Below, piece by piece: positions 41,219 to 49,342 of a stretch of 64,000 nt of DNA. The notes beneath the pieces were generated by a model. It made no database searches and was not told the DNA's origin. It worked only from the letters and a program-made list of their open reading frames with translations. Where the stretch lies: contig OX638351.1 in the NCBI GenBank assembly GCA_951813565.1, forward strand, positions 384,001-448,000, in the 5' to 3' direction. A program made the translations under genes and the position numbers. This DNA comes from an uncultured Poribacteria bacterium (GTDB taxonomy: Bacteria; Poribacteria; WGA-4E; WGA-3G). The number at the start of each line of letters is the position of its first letter. The stretch's first letter is position 1.

Positions 41219-42203
41219 CAATTGCCTCACGGAAAGCCTTGATATGTGCAGGAGTCGTGCCACAGCAGCCACCGATTAAATATGCCCCCGCTTCTATGAG
41301 CTCGGGGACATAGCCTGCCATCTCTGTCGGTGTTTGTGTGTAGACAGTTTTATAATTCTCATCAAGTTCAGGCATGCCTGCGTTTGGATATGCCATCAAC
41401 CGTTTGCTGTTAATACCTATCTCTGCCAACGCGGTATTCAGCTGCTCGGTACCAGTGATAGCGTAAGGCATTCCTGAGTGCTCTGCGCGCTTTGATTCTG
41501 CGCCACAGTTTAGACCGATAATATCAACATAATCTATAAGTGGGTACCCTTTTGAAAACTCGCCACTGGCAAGGATTTGAAGTAAATCCGAAGCAGAATG
41601 TCCCCAGTCAGTTTTATAGATCACTTTGCCGGTGCGGTGTTCTTTTGTCCATTTATATGTCAAGTTTACTGCTATTGGCAGTCCTGTTTCGCGGGCAATA
41701 TCAACAGCAATTGCTGCTTCTTTCGCGGAAAACATCGTTTCAAGACAGAGAAAATCAACACCTTCCTCTGCAAGTGTGTGGATTACAAGTTTATGCGCTT
41801 CCCGAACTTTATCATTTGCAATGCCAAATGTAGTGTCGCCGCTATCTGCTTCAATTGCCCCTGGCGATGGTCCAACAGAACCCGCAATGTAAACATCTTT
41901 TCCGCTCTCTGAAACTGCACGTTTCGCATGCTGAACGCCAAGTCGTGTGAGTCGTTGCGCATCCGATTTATCTTGTCCTGCCATTTCCAGGTGAAGTGGG
42001 GATACTACAAATGTATTTGTGCCGATTGCTTCTGCACCAACATTGATATAATCTGCATGAATGTCAACAACATCAGCAGGATGCAGTTCGTTGGCAAGTG
42101 CGCTATTGGCAAGTTCTATATCGCGCGCAAATAGCTGCGACCCAAATCCGCCATCATAAAGTATTGGTTTATCAGACTTTAAACGTTCTTGAAAGGTTTT
42201 CAC
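41202..42203 (-). CDS. Stand-alone homocysteine S-methyltransferase domain protein
   Basis: DGGFGS, TNTF, AGSVGP, LETM, GLNC, PNAGMP, GGCCGTTP (Zn ligands). Confidence 0.92.
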   Translation of the reverse strand: MKTFQERLKSDKPILYDGGFGSQLFARDIELANSALANELHPADVVDIHADYINVGAEAIGTNTFVVSPLHLEMAGQDKSDAQRLTRLGVQHAKRAVSESGKDVYIAGSVGPSPGAIEADSGDTTFGIANDKVREAHKLVIHTLAEEGVDFLCLETMFSAKEAAIAVDIARETGLPIAVNLTYKWTKEHRTGKVIYKTDWGHSASDLLQILASGEFSKGYPLIDYVDIIGLNCGAESKRAEHSGMPYAITGTEQLNTALAEIGINSKRLMAYPNAGMPELDENYKTVYTQTPTEMAGYVPELIEAGAYLIGGCCGTTPAHIKAFREAIDANTR

Positions 42204-42221
42204 GCTTTGTGTCGTTTCTCC

Positions 42222-44132
42222 TTACGTCTTCGTCATATCTGCAGGCATCGGATTGAATTGGCACCCCTCGACAAAAATTTCAAAAAAATCTGCTGTCGTT
42301 TCAAGTTCAATATGCTCAATGTTTTGGACGAATTTTTCAATATCCGCACGTTTTTCCCTTGAAAGCAGGACCGCTTTCGCACCACCTACTGCAGCGTTTC
42401 CAATTTTGAAAACCCGATCTTGAGGGACAGGTGCGAGAAACCCAATGTCAATAGCATCCTGCAGGTTAACGTAGTTGGCAAATCCGCCTGCTAAATAGAG
42501 TTTTGTGATGTCTTGAGGGGAACAACCGAAATGGCGCAGCACAATGTATTGCCCACAGTAGTTTGCTGCTTTTGCTTGTGCTAAGTTGCTCGCGTCATCG
42601 CGTGAGAAGGTAATGCCGTGTTCAGATAAAAGCGGCATTATCCGCTGTTTTCTATCAGCAAAAACACCCTTTGCACTCATCTGATTATGCCGGCGCAGCT
42701 CAGCAAGTAGTGAAATAAGTCCAGAACCGCATAGTCCTTGTGGTTTTTCTGCACCAATTGTTTCGTAGTCAATCTTACCGTCAACCCATTTCACAGATTC
42801 AATTGCACCCGGATAAGCAGGCATTCCGTATTCTATACCACCGCCTTCAAACGCAGGACCGGCAGGACACGATGCAGCGACCATCCGCTTTGCATTACCA
42901 ACAACGACTTCGGTATTTGTACCAACATCAACCAGCATAACAACTTCGTCTTGTGATTGCATGTCAACGGCAATTAAATCTGCTGCGACGTCTGCTCCGA
43001 CGTGGCTTGCGATTAGCGGCAAACTATACACCATCGCCTTCGGATTGGATCGGATACCGAGTCGACGGGATTTTTCAGTGAGTGATGTCGTTGAACGGAT
43101 ACCCTCGCGATATTCATGTTCAATTACAGATTTATACGGTTTTTGACCAATGCTCTGTACATCTTGTTTAAAAAAAATGTCGCGCATTGTTGTATTGCCA
43201 GCAACAACAATTTCGTAAATTTCCTGCCGAACAAAATCGTGCTTTTCACACATCTCCATGATTTGGCTGTTCAATGCTGCTATAAGCGATTTACGTAACT
43301 CACCCTCAAATTCACCGTCATAAGATATACGGTGCATAATATCACTTCCGCCAAAACGTTGTGGATTTTCAAAGGAACTGACTGAAACTGTCTCACCGGT
43401 TTCCAAATCCACGAGATTTGCTACCACAGTTGTAGTGCCGATGTCCAAAGCAAGTCCATAGAGATGTCCGCGAAATCGATCTATAGGTTCATTGTCGTAG
43501 TAGACTATACCCTCACGATGTGTGACCAGTGGATTGGGTGATTGGTCAGTATCAAGTTCAGTCGCGATATGCGTTAGAATTTTTGGTGTGCGCCGTAGCG
43601 GTGTGAATTCAATATGTTCGTCTACATCCAGAACAACGGCTTGGCAAGCGAGGCGATAGTTGTCTCGGAGGAAGGTTTCTGCTTCGTTGGGTGGACGGAG
43701 GCTATCCATACCTTGTTTGATCTCAACGATACACTCGTGGCATTGTCCCGTCCTAAAGCAGGAGGTAGGAACTTGTACCGCTAAATCATCTGCGTAGTCA
43801 AAAACGGTTTTTCCCGGAGAGAGTTGATATTCCTTGCCTTCGCAGGTGATTGTGCCTTTTGCTTTTTGGTAAGTCTGTATCGTGTCGTCAGTTTCATCTA
43901 TTTCCCACGCACTGCGATAATCTAATTTGTCATCTCCTACGCAGAGAAGTCCCGTGCCTTCATCAATTTTGCGCTGGTTTCGGCAACCGAATTTAGCAGT
44001 GCAGTGGTCAAATCGATTTTTGTAGGGGCAGCGGTAGGTAGACTGTTCGTCAGCATGGACGACGAGTTCTTCAAAAATCTGTGTAATTTTATTGAGCCGT
44101 TTTTCGTATTCGGTTTTATCTATTTTTTTCAT
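42222..44132 (-). CDS. ASKHA-type ATP-dependent corrinoid reductive activator (RACo/RamA, DUF4445) with 2Fe-2S domain
   Basis: C..TGQCHEC...RLACQ; DIGTTTV; NPQ..GGSDI..RI; DVGTNTE; GPAFEG; CGSG; LAGGF; GNAA. Confidence 0.92.
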   Translation of the reverse strand: MKKIDKTEYEKRLNKITQIFEELVVHADEQSTYRCPYKNRFDHCTAKFGCRNQRKIDEGTGLLCVGDDKLDYRSAWEIDETDDTIQTYQKAKGTITCEGKEYQLSPGKTVFDYADDLAVQVPTSCFRTGQCHECIVEIKQGMDSLRPPNEAETFLRDNYRLACQAVVLDVDEHIEFTPLRRTPKILTHIATELDTDQSPNPLVTHREGIVYYDNEPIDRFRGHLYGLALDIGTTTVVANLVDLETGETVSVSSFENPQRFGGSDIMHRISYDGEFEGELRKSLIAALNSQIMEMCEKHDFVRQEIYEIVVAGNTTMRDIFFKQDVQSIGQKPYKSVIEHEYREGIRSTTSLTEKSRRLGIRSNPKAMVYSLPLIASHVGADVAADLIAVDMQSQDEVVMLVDVGTNTEVVVGNAKRMVAASCPAGPAFEGGGIEYGMPAYPGAIESVKWVDGKIDYETIGAEKPQGLCGSGLISLLAELRRHNQMSAKGVFADRKQRIMPLLSEHGITFSRDDASNLAQAKAANYCGQYIVLRHFGCSPQDITKLYLAGGFANYVNLQDAIDIGFLAPVPQDRVFKIGNAAVGGAKAVLLSREKRADIEKFVQNIEHIELETTADFFEIFVEGCQFNPMPADMTKT

Positions 44133-44295
44133 TTATTTTAGTCAGAACGACAATTATGATACATTTGATCAGCGTAGTGATTTCAACACATCCTGTGAAT
44201 GTAAGAGGCGCAATGAATTGCGCGACTACAAACGCGGCAAATAAGAGAAAATGGCTTTGCAATCCAGATCACCTATGATAATGTTTCAAAGTGGT

Positions 44296-45054
44296 TTACC
44301 ATTCTTCGTCTGTTTCTTCAAGAAAGTGTTTGGCTAATTCCACACACGCCAAGGCATCCTTACCGTATCCGTCTGCACCCATATCATCCGCGAATGTCTG
44401 GGTGACTGGGGCACCACCAACCATAATTTTCACTTCTTCACGCAGGTCTTCGTCAATAAATGCATCAATTGTTTTGCCCATGTTCGGCATTGTTGTCGTT
44501 AGCAGTGCGGACATTCCTAAGATAGGTGCTTCGTATTCTTCCACTGCCTCAATGAATTCGTCTTCGGAGGTATCCACACCGAGGTCATGGACGACAAAAC
44601 CTGCCCCGCGCAGCATCATAATGCACAAGTTTTTGCCAATATCATGGAGGTCGCCTTTGACGGTACCCATAATCACCGTGCCTACAGGTTCAATTCCCGA
44701 ATCTGAGAGAATGGGTTCAATATGTGCCATACCTGCTTTCATTGCACGTGCACACGCAAGTACTTCGGGGACAAAGATAAAGTTCTCACGAAACTTGATG
44801 CCGACGATGCCCATTCCGATAATTAGACCATCGTCCATAATTTCCAGTGCTTCTGTGCCTGCTCCGAGTGCTTCTTGTGTCAATTCATCAACGGTGTGAT
44901 GGTCACCGTCAATCAATGCAGCAGAGATGTCCTGCATGTCAGGAGTCGCTTGGGTGAACATCTCAATAAAACGTTCTATCTCTTCAGGACGTTCAAGGTA
45001 TTCTTCAATTTCTTCTCGGATAAATTCGTTCGCGATGTCATTTATAGATGCCAC
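44296..45054 (-). CDS. Corrinoid (B12-binding) methyl-carrier protein, cap + B12 domain
   Basis: FVPEVL..ARAMK; GTVKGDLHDIGKNL; SALLTTT; VGGAP; GTG start behind AAGGAGG. Confidence 0.93.
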   Translation of the reverse strand: MASINDIANEFIREEIEEYLERPEEIERFIEMFTQATPDMQDISAALIDGDHHTVDELTQEALGAGTEALEIMDDGLIIGMGIVGIKFRENFIFVPEVLACARAMKAGMAHIEPILSDSGIEPVGTVIMGTVKGDLHDIGKNLCIMMLRGAGFVVHDLGVDTSEDEFIEAVEEYEAPILGMSALLTTTMPNMGKTIDAFIDEDLREEVKIMVGGAPVTQTFADDMGADGYGKDALACVELAKHFLEETDEEW

Positions 45055-45120
45055 AGGTTGAATATCCCTCCTTGAAGATATAGGATACCACACCTGTGGA
45101 AAAATGGCAAATTAATTGGA
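45010..45120 (-). repeat. 111-bp direct repeat, copy 1 (promoter + RBS + first 15 codons of the corrinoid gene)
   Basis: 104/111 identical to 46535-46645 by manual alignment; contains TTGCCA-N17-TATCCT and AAGGAGG. Confidence 0.92.
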
Positions 45121-45142
45121 ATAAAACTGAGGGAGAGAATAT

Positions 45143-45189
45143 AAAAATAAAAAGAGAAGCAGGTAACCGTCCCGTTACTTGCCTCTCTT
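45143..45189 (-). terminator. Intrinsic terminator after the TolB-like gene
   Basis: Imperfect stem AAGAGAAGCAGGTAAC / GTTACTTGCCTCTCTT followed by a T-rich tract on the minus strand. Confidence 0.65.
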
Positions 45190-45242
45190 CTGATGCAATT
45201 TACCAAATCAACGCTAAATGTGCATAAGTTCTTTGGCGGGTT

Positions 45243-46244
45243 TTACTTCTTGAGTGTTCCCCATTTTAGGACTTTCTTCCCGCGTGGCTTTACAGACAAC
45301 ACATCATCGCTGATCCAATCCATTGAGTAGTCAGACGCTGGATAGTTTGTAAGGTTGGTTATCTGTCCGGTAACGAGGTGATACCGGTAGATGTCATTCT
45401 TCTCACCTATCCCTTCCCGTGCGGCAATCAGCACCTGTTTCCCGTTATCCATCCAACACACACTATTGACTAACCAATTTTTCGGGATATTTAAAATTCT
45501 TCGTGCTTTGCTACCGTGCCGCTGAATCACAACATTGCTGGCAACCCTCTTTGTGATCCCTTCGACTATCGCGAAGTGTGACTCAAAGTACAAAATAGAT
45601 TTGCTATCAGGTGACCAGTGGGGTAACGCACGTTCCCAATCATTGTGAGGTGGCACAAACTCTTTTGCCCCGGTGCCGTCCGCATTCATTACATAGATAG
45701 TTGTCCCCGCATTCAAGAAGCCTCCGTTGATCGCTTGTTCGTAGGCAATATATCTGCCATTAGGTGCCCAAGAAGGTTCATTAGCCCAATCTCGATCCCC
45801 TGGGTTGTGCGTCAGTTGCTTGACTTCTTGGGTTAAAATATCCATCACATAGATGTCCAACCCCTTATTTCGGGTGCTGGCAAACGCGATGTGACGCCCA
45901 TCCGGTGACCAAGTACATCCACCATCAAGTGCACGATCATCTGTAAGCTGCTGCACGTTGCTACCATCCGCATCCATCACGAATATATCATACTTTTGAT
46001 TTGTCTTATGCTGAGCCGCATCTGTATCTCTCTCAAATGCGATGTGTGTGCCATCGGGGGACCATGTAGGTGTCCCATCGACTTGAGGAGCCTCTGTGAA
46101 GGTGAGTCTTTGGACATTGCTGCCGTCATCTTCCATCACATGGATATTGTAAGCCCCATCGCGTTTTGAGATGAACACGATTTTGGCAGCAACAAAACTT
46201 GGTAAGCAGAACAGTAGACAGTAGGTTATCAACTTTTTGAGCAT
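45243..46244 (-). CDS. Secreted TolB-like/PD40 beta-propeller protein
   Basis: Signal peptide; WSPDG..IAF repeats; C-terminal SVKPRGKKVLKWGTLKK. Confidence 0.88.
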   Translation of the reverse strand: MLKKLITYCLLFCLPSFVAAKIVFISKRDGAYNIHVMEDDGSNVQRLTFTEAPQVDGTPTWSPDGTHIAFERDTDAAQHKTNQKYDIFVMDADGSNVQQLTDDRALDGGCTWSPDGRHIAFASTRNKGLDIYVMDILTQEVKQLTHNPGDRDWANEPSWAPNGRYIAYEQAINGGFLNAGTTIYVMNADGTGAKEFVPPHNDWERALPHWSPDSKSILYFESHFAIVEGITKRVASNVVIQRHGSKARRILNIPKNWLVNSVCWMDNGKQVLIAAREGIGEKNDIYRYHLVTGQITNLTNYPASDYSMDWISDDVLSVKPRGKKVLKWGTLKK

Positions 46245-46255
46245 CGATAGACTCC

Positions 46256-46579
46256 TTATTGGCCGTCGTATTCGAAAGTATGGGAAGCCTGGGCTTCAAC
46301 ATCATCTACCTCATTGTCATCACCGGTTGATAGGTTTATCCAATAATTGGCTTGCATCGTGTACTCATCCCCGTCATCTGCACCTCTTGAGGCAAGGTCC
46401 ATGGAGAGAGCTATGGATTCACTAAAAGTTTCACCGGGACCTAATGTCCCTCCCCATATATGCTTTTTCTCATCCGGTGCAAGGACTTGGCCATCGTTAG
46501 TCGCATGGCATGAAAGGCGACCTCCCCAGTCTACTTCTTCTCGGATAAATTCGTTCGCGATGTCATTAATTGATGCCAC
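46256..46579 (-). CDS. Chimeric ORF: corrinoid-protein N terminus fused to an unrelated acidic beta-rich fragment
   Basis: VASINDIANEFIREE from the repeat continues in frame into VDWGGRLSC...HTFEYDGQ. Confidence 0.7.
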   Translation of the reverse strand: MASINDIANEFIREEVDWGGRLSCHATNDGQVLAPDEKKHIWGGTLGPGETFSESIALSMDLASRGADDGDEYTMQANYWINLSTGDDNEVDDVEAQASHTFEYDGQ

Positions 46580-46645
46580 AGGTTTCGTATTCCTCCTTGA
46601 AGATATAGGATACCACACCTGTGGAAAAATGGCAAATAAATTGGA
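46535..46645 (-). repeat. 111-bp direct repeat, copy 2
   Basis: See 45010-45120. Confidence 0.92.
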
Positions 46646-46703
46646 GTAATGAGTTGAGGATTGCGTTAAATGGGAAGAATATTGGGCAGAGACATTAATC
46701 AAC

Positions 46704-47288
46704 TTACCAACGCATTGCTGCTTCACGATATAACTTAATCTGTTCCATATTACGAGGCACAGTAACCTGCATAGATTTCCGTTTTCTATTCAAATCTTTT
46801 AGCACAATCGGTGCGCGAAGCATGTTGGTTAATGTCACAATTCCAGACTCAAAGTAAACCCACATGCGTTGTTCTGTATAGGGGTTCAGAACATACGCTG
46901 AATTGAAGTTTTCAGATTGTGCAACGATTTCTGAAAATGAATCGTATTTAGGATAAGTAAGTTCAATGGTTTTGTCATACCCTTCTAAAAATAGTTGATC
47001 CGGTGGCGATTTTGGGGAGTAGCCACTTAATTTACATCTACAAAACTGAATTGGTGTGCCTGATTTATTCGTCATAAGGAGCGAAACTACAATCGCTAAG
47101 CGGTTATTATCATCACGGTTTATAAACCAAGTATCCTCCTGAATTATCGCTACCGTTAAACCGGGGATTTGTCGCCATCTGTGGTAAACAACCGCTAATG
47201 CGATAAAACACCCTAATCCAAGTATTACCCAATTGCCGGTTGGCGTAGCGATAAATTTTAGGAGTTCTTTGAAAATCTGTTGTAACAC
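46704..47288 (-). CDS. Hypothetical membrane-anchored protein
   Basis: AGGAG RBS, one TM helix, overlaps the tsaC 3' end. Confidence 0.75.
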   Translation of the reverse strand: MLQQIFKELLKFIATPTGNWVILGLGCFIALAVVYHRWRQIPGLTVAIIQEDTWFINRDDNNRLAIVVSLLMTNKSGTPIQFCRCKLSGYSPKSPPDQLFLEGYDKTIELTYPKYDSFSEIVAQSENFNSAYVLNPYTEQRMWVYFESGIVTLTNMLRAPIVLKDLNRKRKSMQVTVPRNMEQIKLYREAAMRW

Positions 47289-47884
47289 ATCAACTCCTTA
47301 GCAAGCGTTTCGGAGGAAATAACACCCTCTCGGCGAATCTGCGGGGGTGATACGGATATATCGTAGACAGTTGAAGGAATACGTCCAGGTGTTTGTCCGT
47401 CATCTACGATAAAGTCAATTTTTGATGACAATTCCTGACCAAATTCTTGGGGAGAGGTTGCCGCAGGTTGCCCTGAGAGATTTGCGCTTGTAATAGCGAT
47501 GGGTCCGCCAAAATTCTGAAGTATCTCTAATAGTAGCGGCTGATTTGGAATGCGTAACCCAACGGTCGTACCACCTGCCGTTAGCTGCGGAAGCAGATTT
47601 TTTGATTCAACAATGATTGTTAGTCCACCTGGCCAAAACCTTTCAGTGAGATGAAAAAAGAACCCTGGTAGGTTTTGCGCGACCTGTTGGACATCTTCAA
47701 CGGAACCGAGAACTAAAGGGATCGGTTTCTCTTCAGGTCTACCTTTTAAGGTATATAGTTTTTGTACTGCCTCTGCATTAAATGGGTCAACCCCCAACCC
47801 GTATACCGTATCGGTAGGAATAGCAATAATACCGCCCGATTTTAGGCAATCTACTGCTGCTTTAATACGTAAATCAGATTCCAA
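47258..47884 (-). CDS. tsaC: L-threonylcarbamoyladenylate synthase (Sua5/YrdC)
   Basis: PTDTVYGL, KGRP..KP, FWPGGLT, TSANLSG, PSTV. Confidence 0.93.
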   Translation of the reverse strand: MESDLRIKAAVDCLKSGGIIAIPTDTVYGLGVDPFNAEAVQKLYTLKGRPEEKPIPLVLGSVEDVQQVAQNLPGFFFHLTERFWPGGLTIIVESKNLLPQLTAGGTTVGLRIPNQPLLLEILQNFGGPIAITSANLSGQPAATSPQEFGQELSSKIDFIVDDGQTPGRIPSTVYDISVSPPQIRREGVISSETLAKELMCYNRFSKNS

Positions 47885-47978
47885 GTAACTCTCCTTTTAT
47901 ACCCAATCATTTTAGTTTTCCAACACAGTATTGGGAAAATCGGGCGGACAAGGTCTCCCTCCCACAAGAGTTCTACCG

Positions 47979-49001
47979 TTATACATCAACAATAGACCCG
48001 TTTGCTGCAGCATTAAGGGAAAGTTCGTCTCTTAGTCCCTGCTGATACTTTTCGTAAGCGATTCCAGCAATCATTGCACCGTTATCTGTGCATAGATTAA
48101 TTGGCGGATAGTAGACATCTGCACCGATTTCTTCAGCAGCATCCTTCAAAGAAGTGCGCAGTTGGCTGTTTGCAGCGACTCCTCCGGTCAAGGTTATAGT
48201 GCGCGCACTTGTGGTTTTTGCAGCATGAACGGTTTTTGCCACAAGCACATCAACGACTGCTGCTTGAAAACTGGCAGCGATGTCTTCAATGCTAATTTCT
48301 CCGTTTGCTATTGTTCCCGCACGTTCTGCCTTCTCCACAAAATATCGTACGGACGTTTTGACCCCACTAAAACTGAATTGGTAATCACCGCTACGGAGCA
48401 TCGGACGCGGAAAGTCTATCGCTGTAGGATTACCTTTTTGTGCCAGTTCGTCAATAATCCTACCACCTGGGAAACCGAGTCCGAGATACTTAGCGACCTT
48501 ATCATAAACTTCGCCTGCTGCATCGTCCTGTGTCGTTCCCAGGACTTTATATTTCCAACCCTCATGCACTTCCACGAGCAATGTATGTCCACCTGAGACT
48601 GTCAAACAGATATGCGGGAAAGTCAGGGTATCATGCACCATGTAATTGGCATAGATGTGTCCTTCAATATGATTAATACCGAGTAAGGGTAAATTGTGGC
48701 AGTAGGCAAGGCTTTTTGCTGCTGCCACACCAACGAGCAAAGCGCCAATCAATCCGGGGCGATTTGTCACTGCAATAGCATCTAAATTATCAAAAGTGAC
48801 CCCTGCTTCAGCCAAAGATTTATTGACGATATAGTTGATTGCTTCAATATGTTTGCGCGACGCCAATTCTGGCACAACGCCGCCATATTCTTGATGTGCT
48901 TTTATCTGTGAGGCGACTACATTTGATAGGACTTCCCGTCCATTAACGACGATTGCTGCAGCGGTTTCATCACAAGATGTATCAATTCCAAGTATTTTCA
49001 T
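47979..49001 (-). CDS. tsaD: tRNA N6-adenosine threonylcarbamoyltransferase
   Basis: GIDTSCDET, GGVVPELASRKH, NHIEGH, VSGGHT, DDAAGE, GGVAAN, CTDNGAMIA. Confidence 0.97.
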   Translation of the reverse strand: MKILGIDTSCDETAAAIVVNGREVLSNVVASQIKAHQEYGGVVPELASRKHIEAINYIVNKSLAEAGVTFDNLDAIAVTNRPGLIGALLVGVAAAKSLAYCHNLPLLGINHIEGHIYANYMVHDTLTFPHICLTVSGGHTLLVEVHEGWKYKVLGTTQDDAAGEVYDKVAKYLGLGFPGGRIIDELAQKGNPTAIDFPRPMLRSGDYQFSFSGVKTSVRYFVEKAERAGTIANGEISIEDIAASFQAAVVDVLVAKTVHAAKTTSARTITLTGGVAANSQLRTSLKDAAEEIGADVYYPPINLCTDNGAMIAGIAYEKYQQGLRDELSLNAAANGSIVDV

Positions 49002-49245
49002 AGTTAATTTCTTATAGTAAAATCCTAAACACGTGAGTACGTGTTAGTAGGCACGGTTTGAAACCGCGCTTACTGTAGTGTTTAAATAATTTATGGACTT
49101 TACTACATAAACCTAAATTGCTACTTACAAGGTTTCGACCAAGCAGACACTGTTTTTTAGTGAAAACAAGGATTTTCTGCTGGTTCTGACGTCTTCTGTG
49201 ATAAATCGGGTTCGAAACCCATCCTACAAGAGCCTTGCAAAAAGG

Positions 49246-49338
49246 TGGCAACTTAGGTTACAAAAATAGAATAAAAACGGTTATGGAAATTCTAAAGTAA
49301 CACTTTTCAACTCTATAGGTCAAAGAATTAAGTTGCCA
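49246..49338. mobile_element. Small MITE-like element (10-bp IR TGGCAACTTA)
   Basis: TGGCAACTTA...TAAGTTGCCA next to a REP pair at 49047-49227. Confidence 0.45.
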
Positions 49339-49342
49339 AATC

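Noticed and set aside
45055..45240. Cobalamin riboswitch ahead of the corrinoid operon
   Set aside because: The promoter lies only about 30 nt from the start codon and no B12-box is visible
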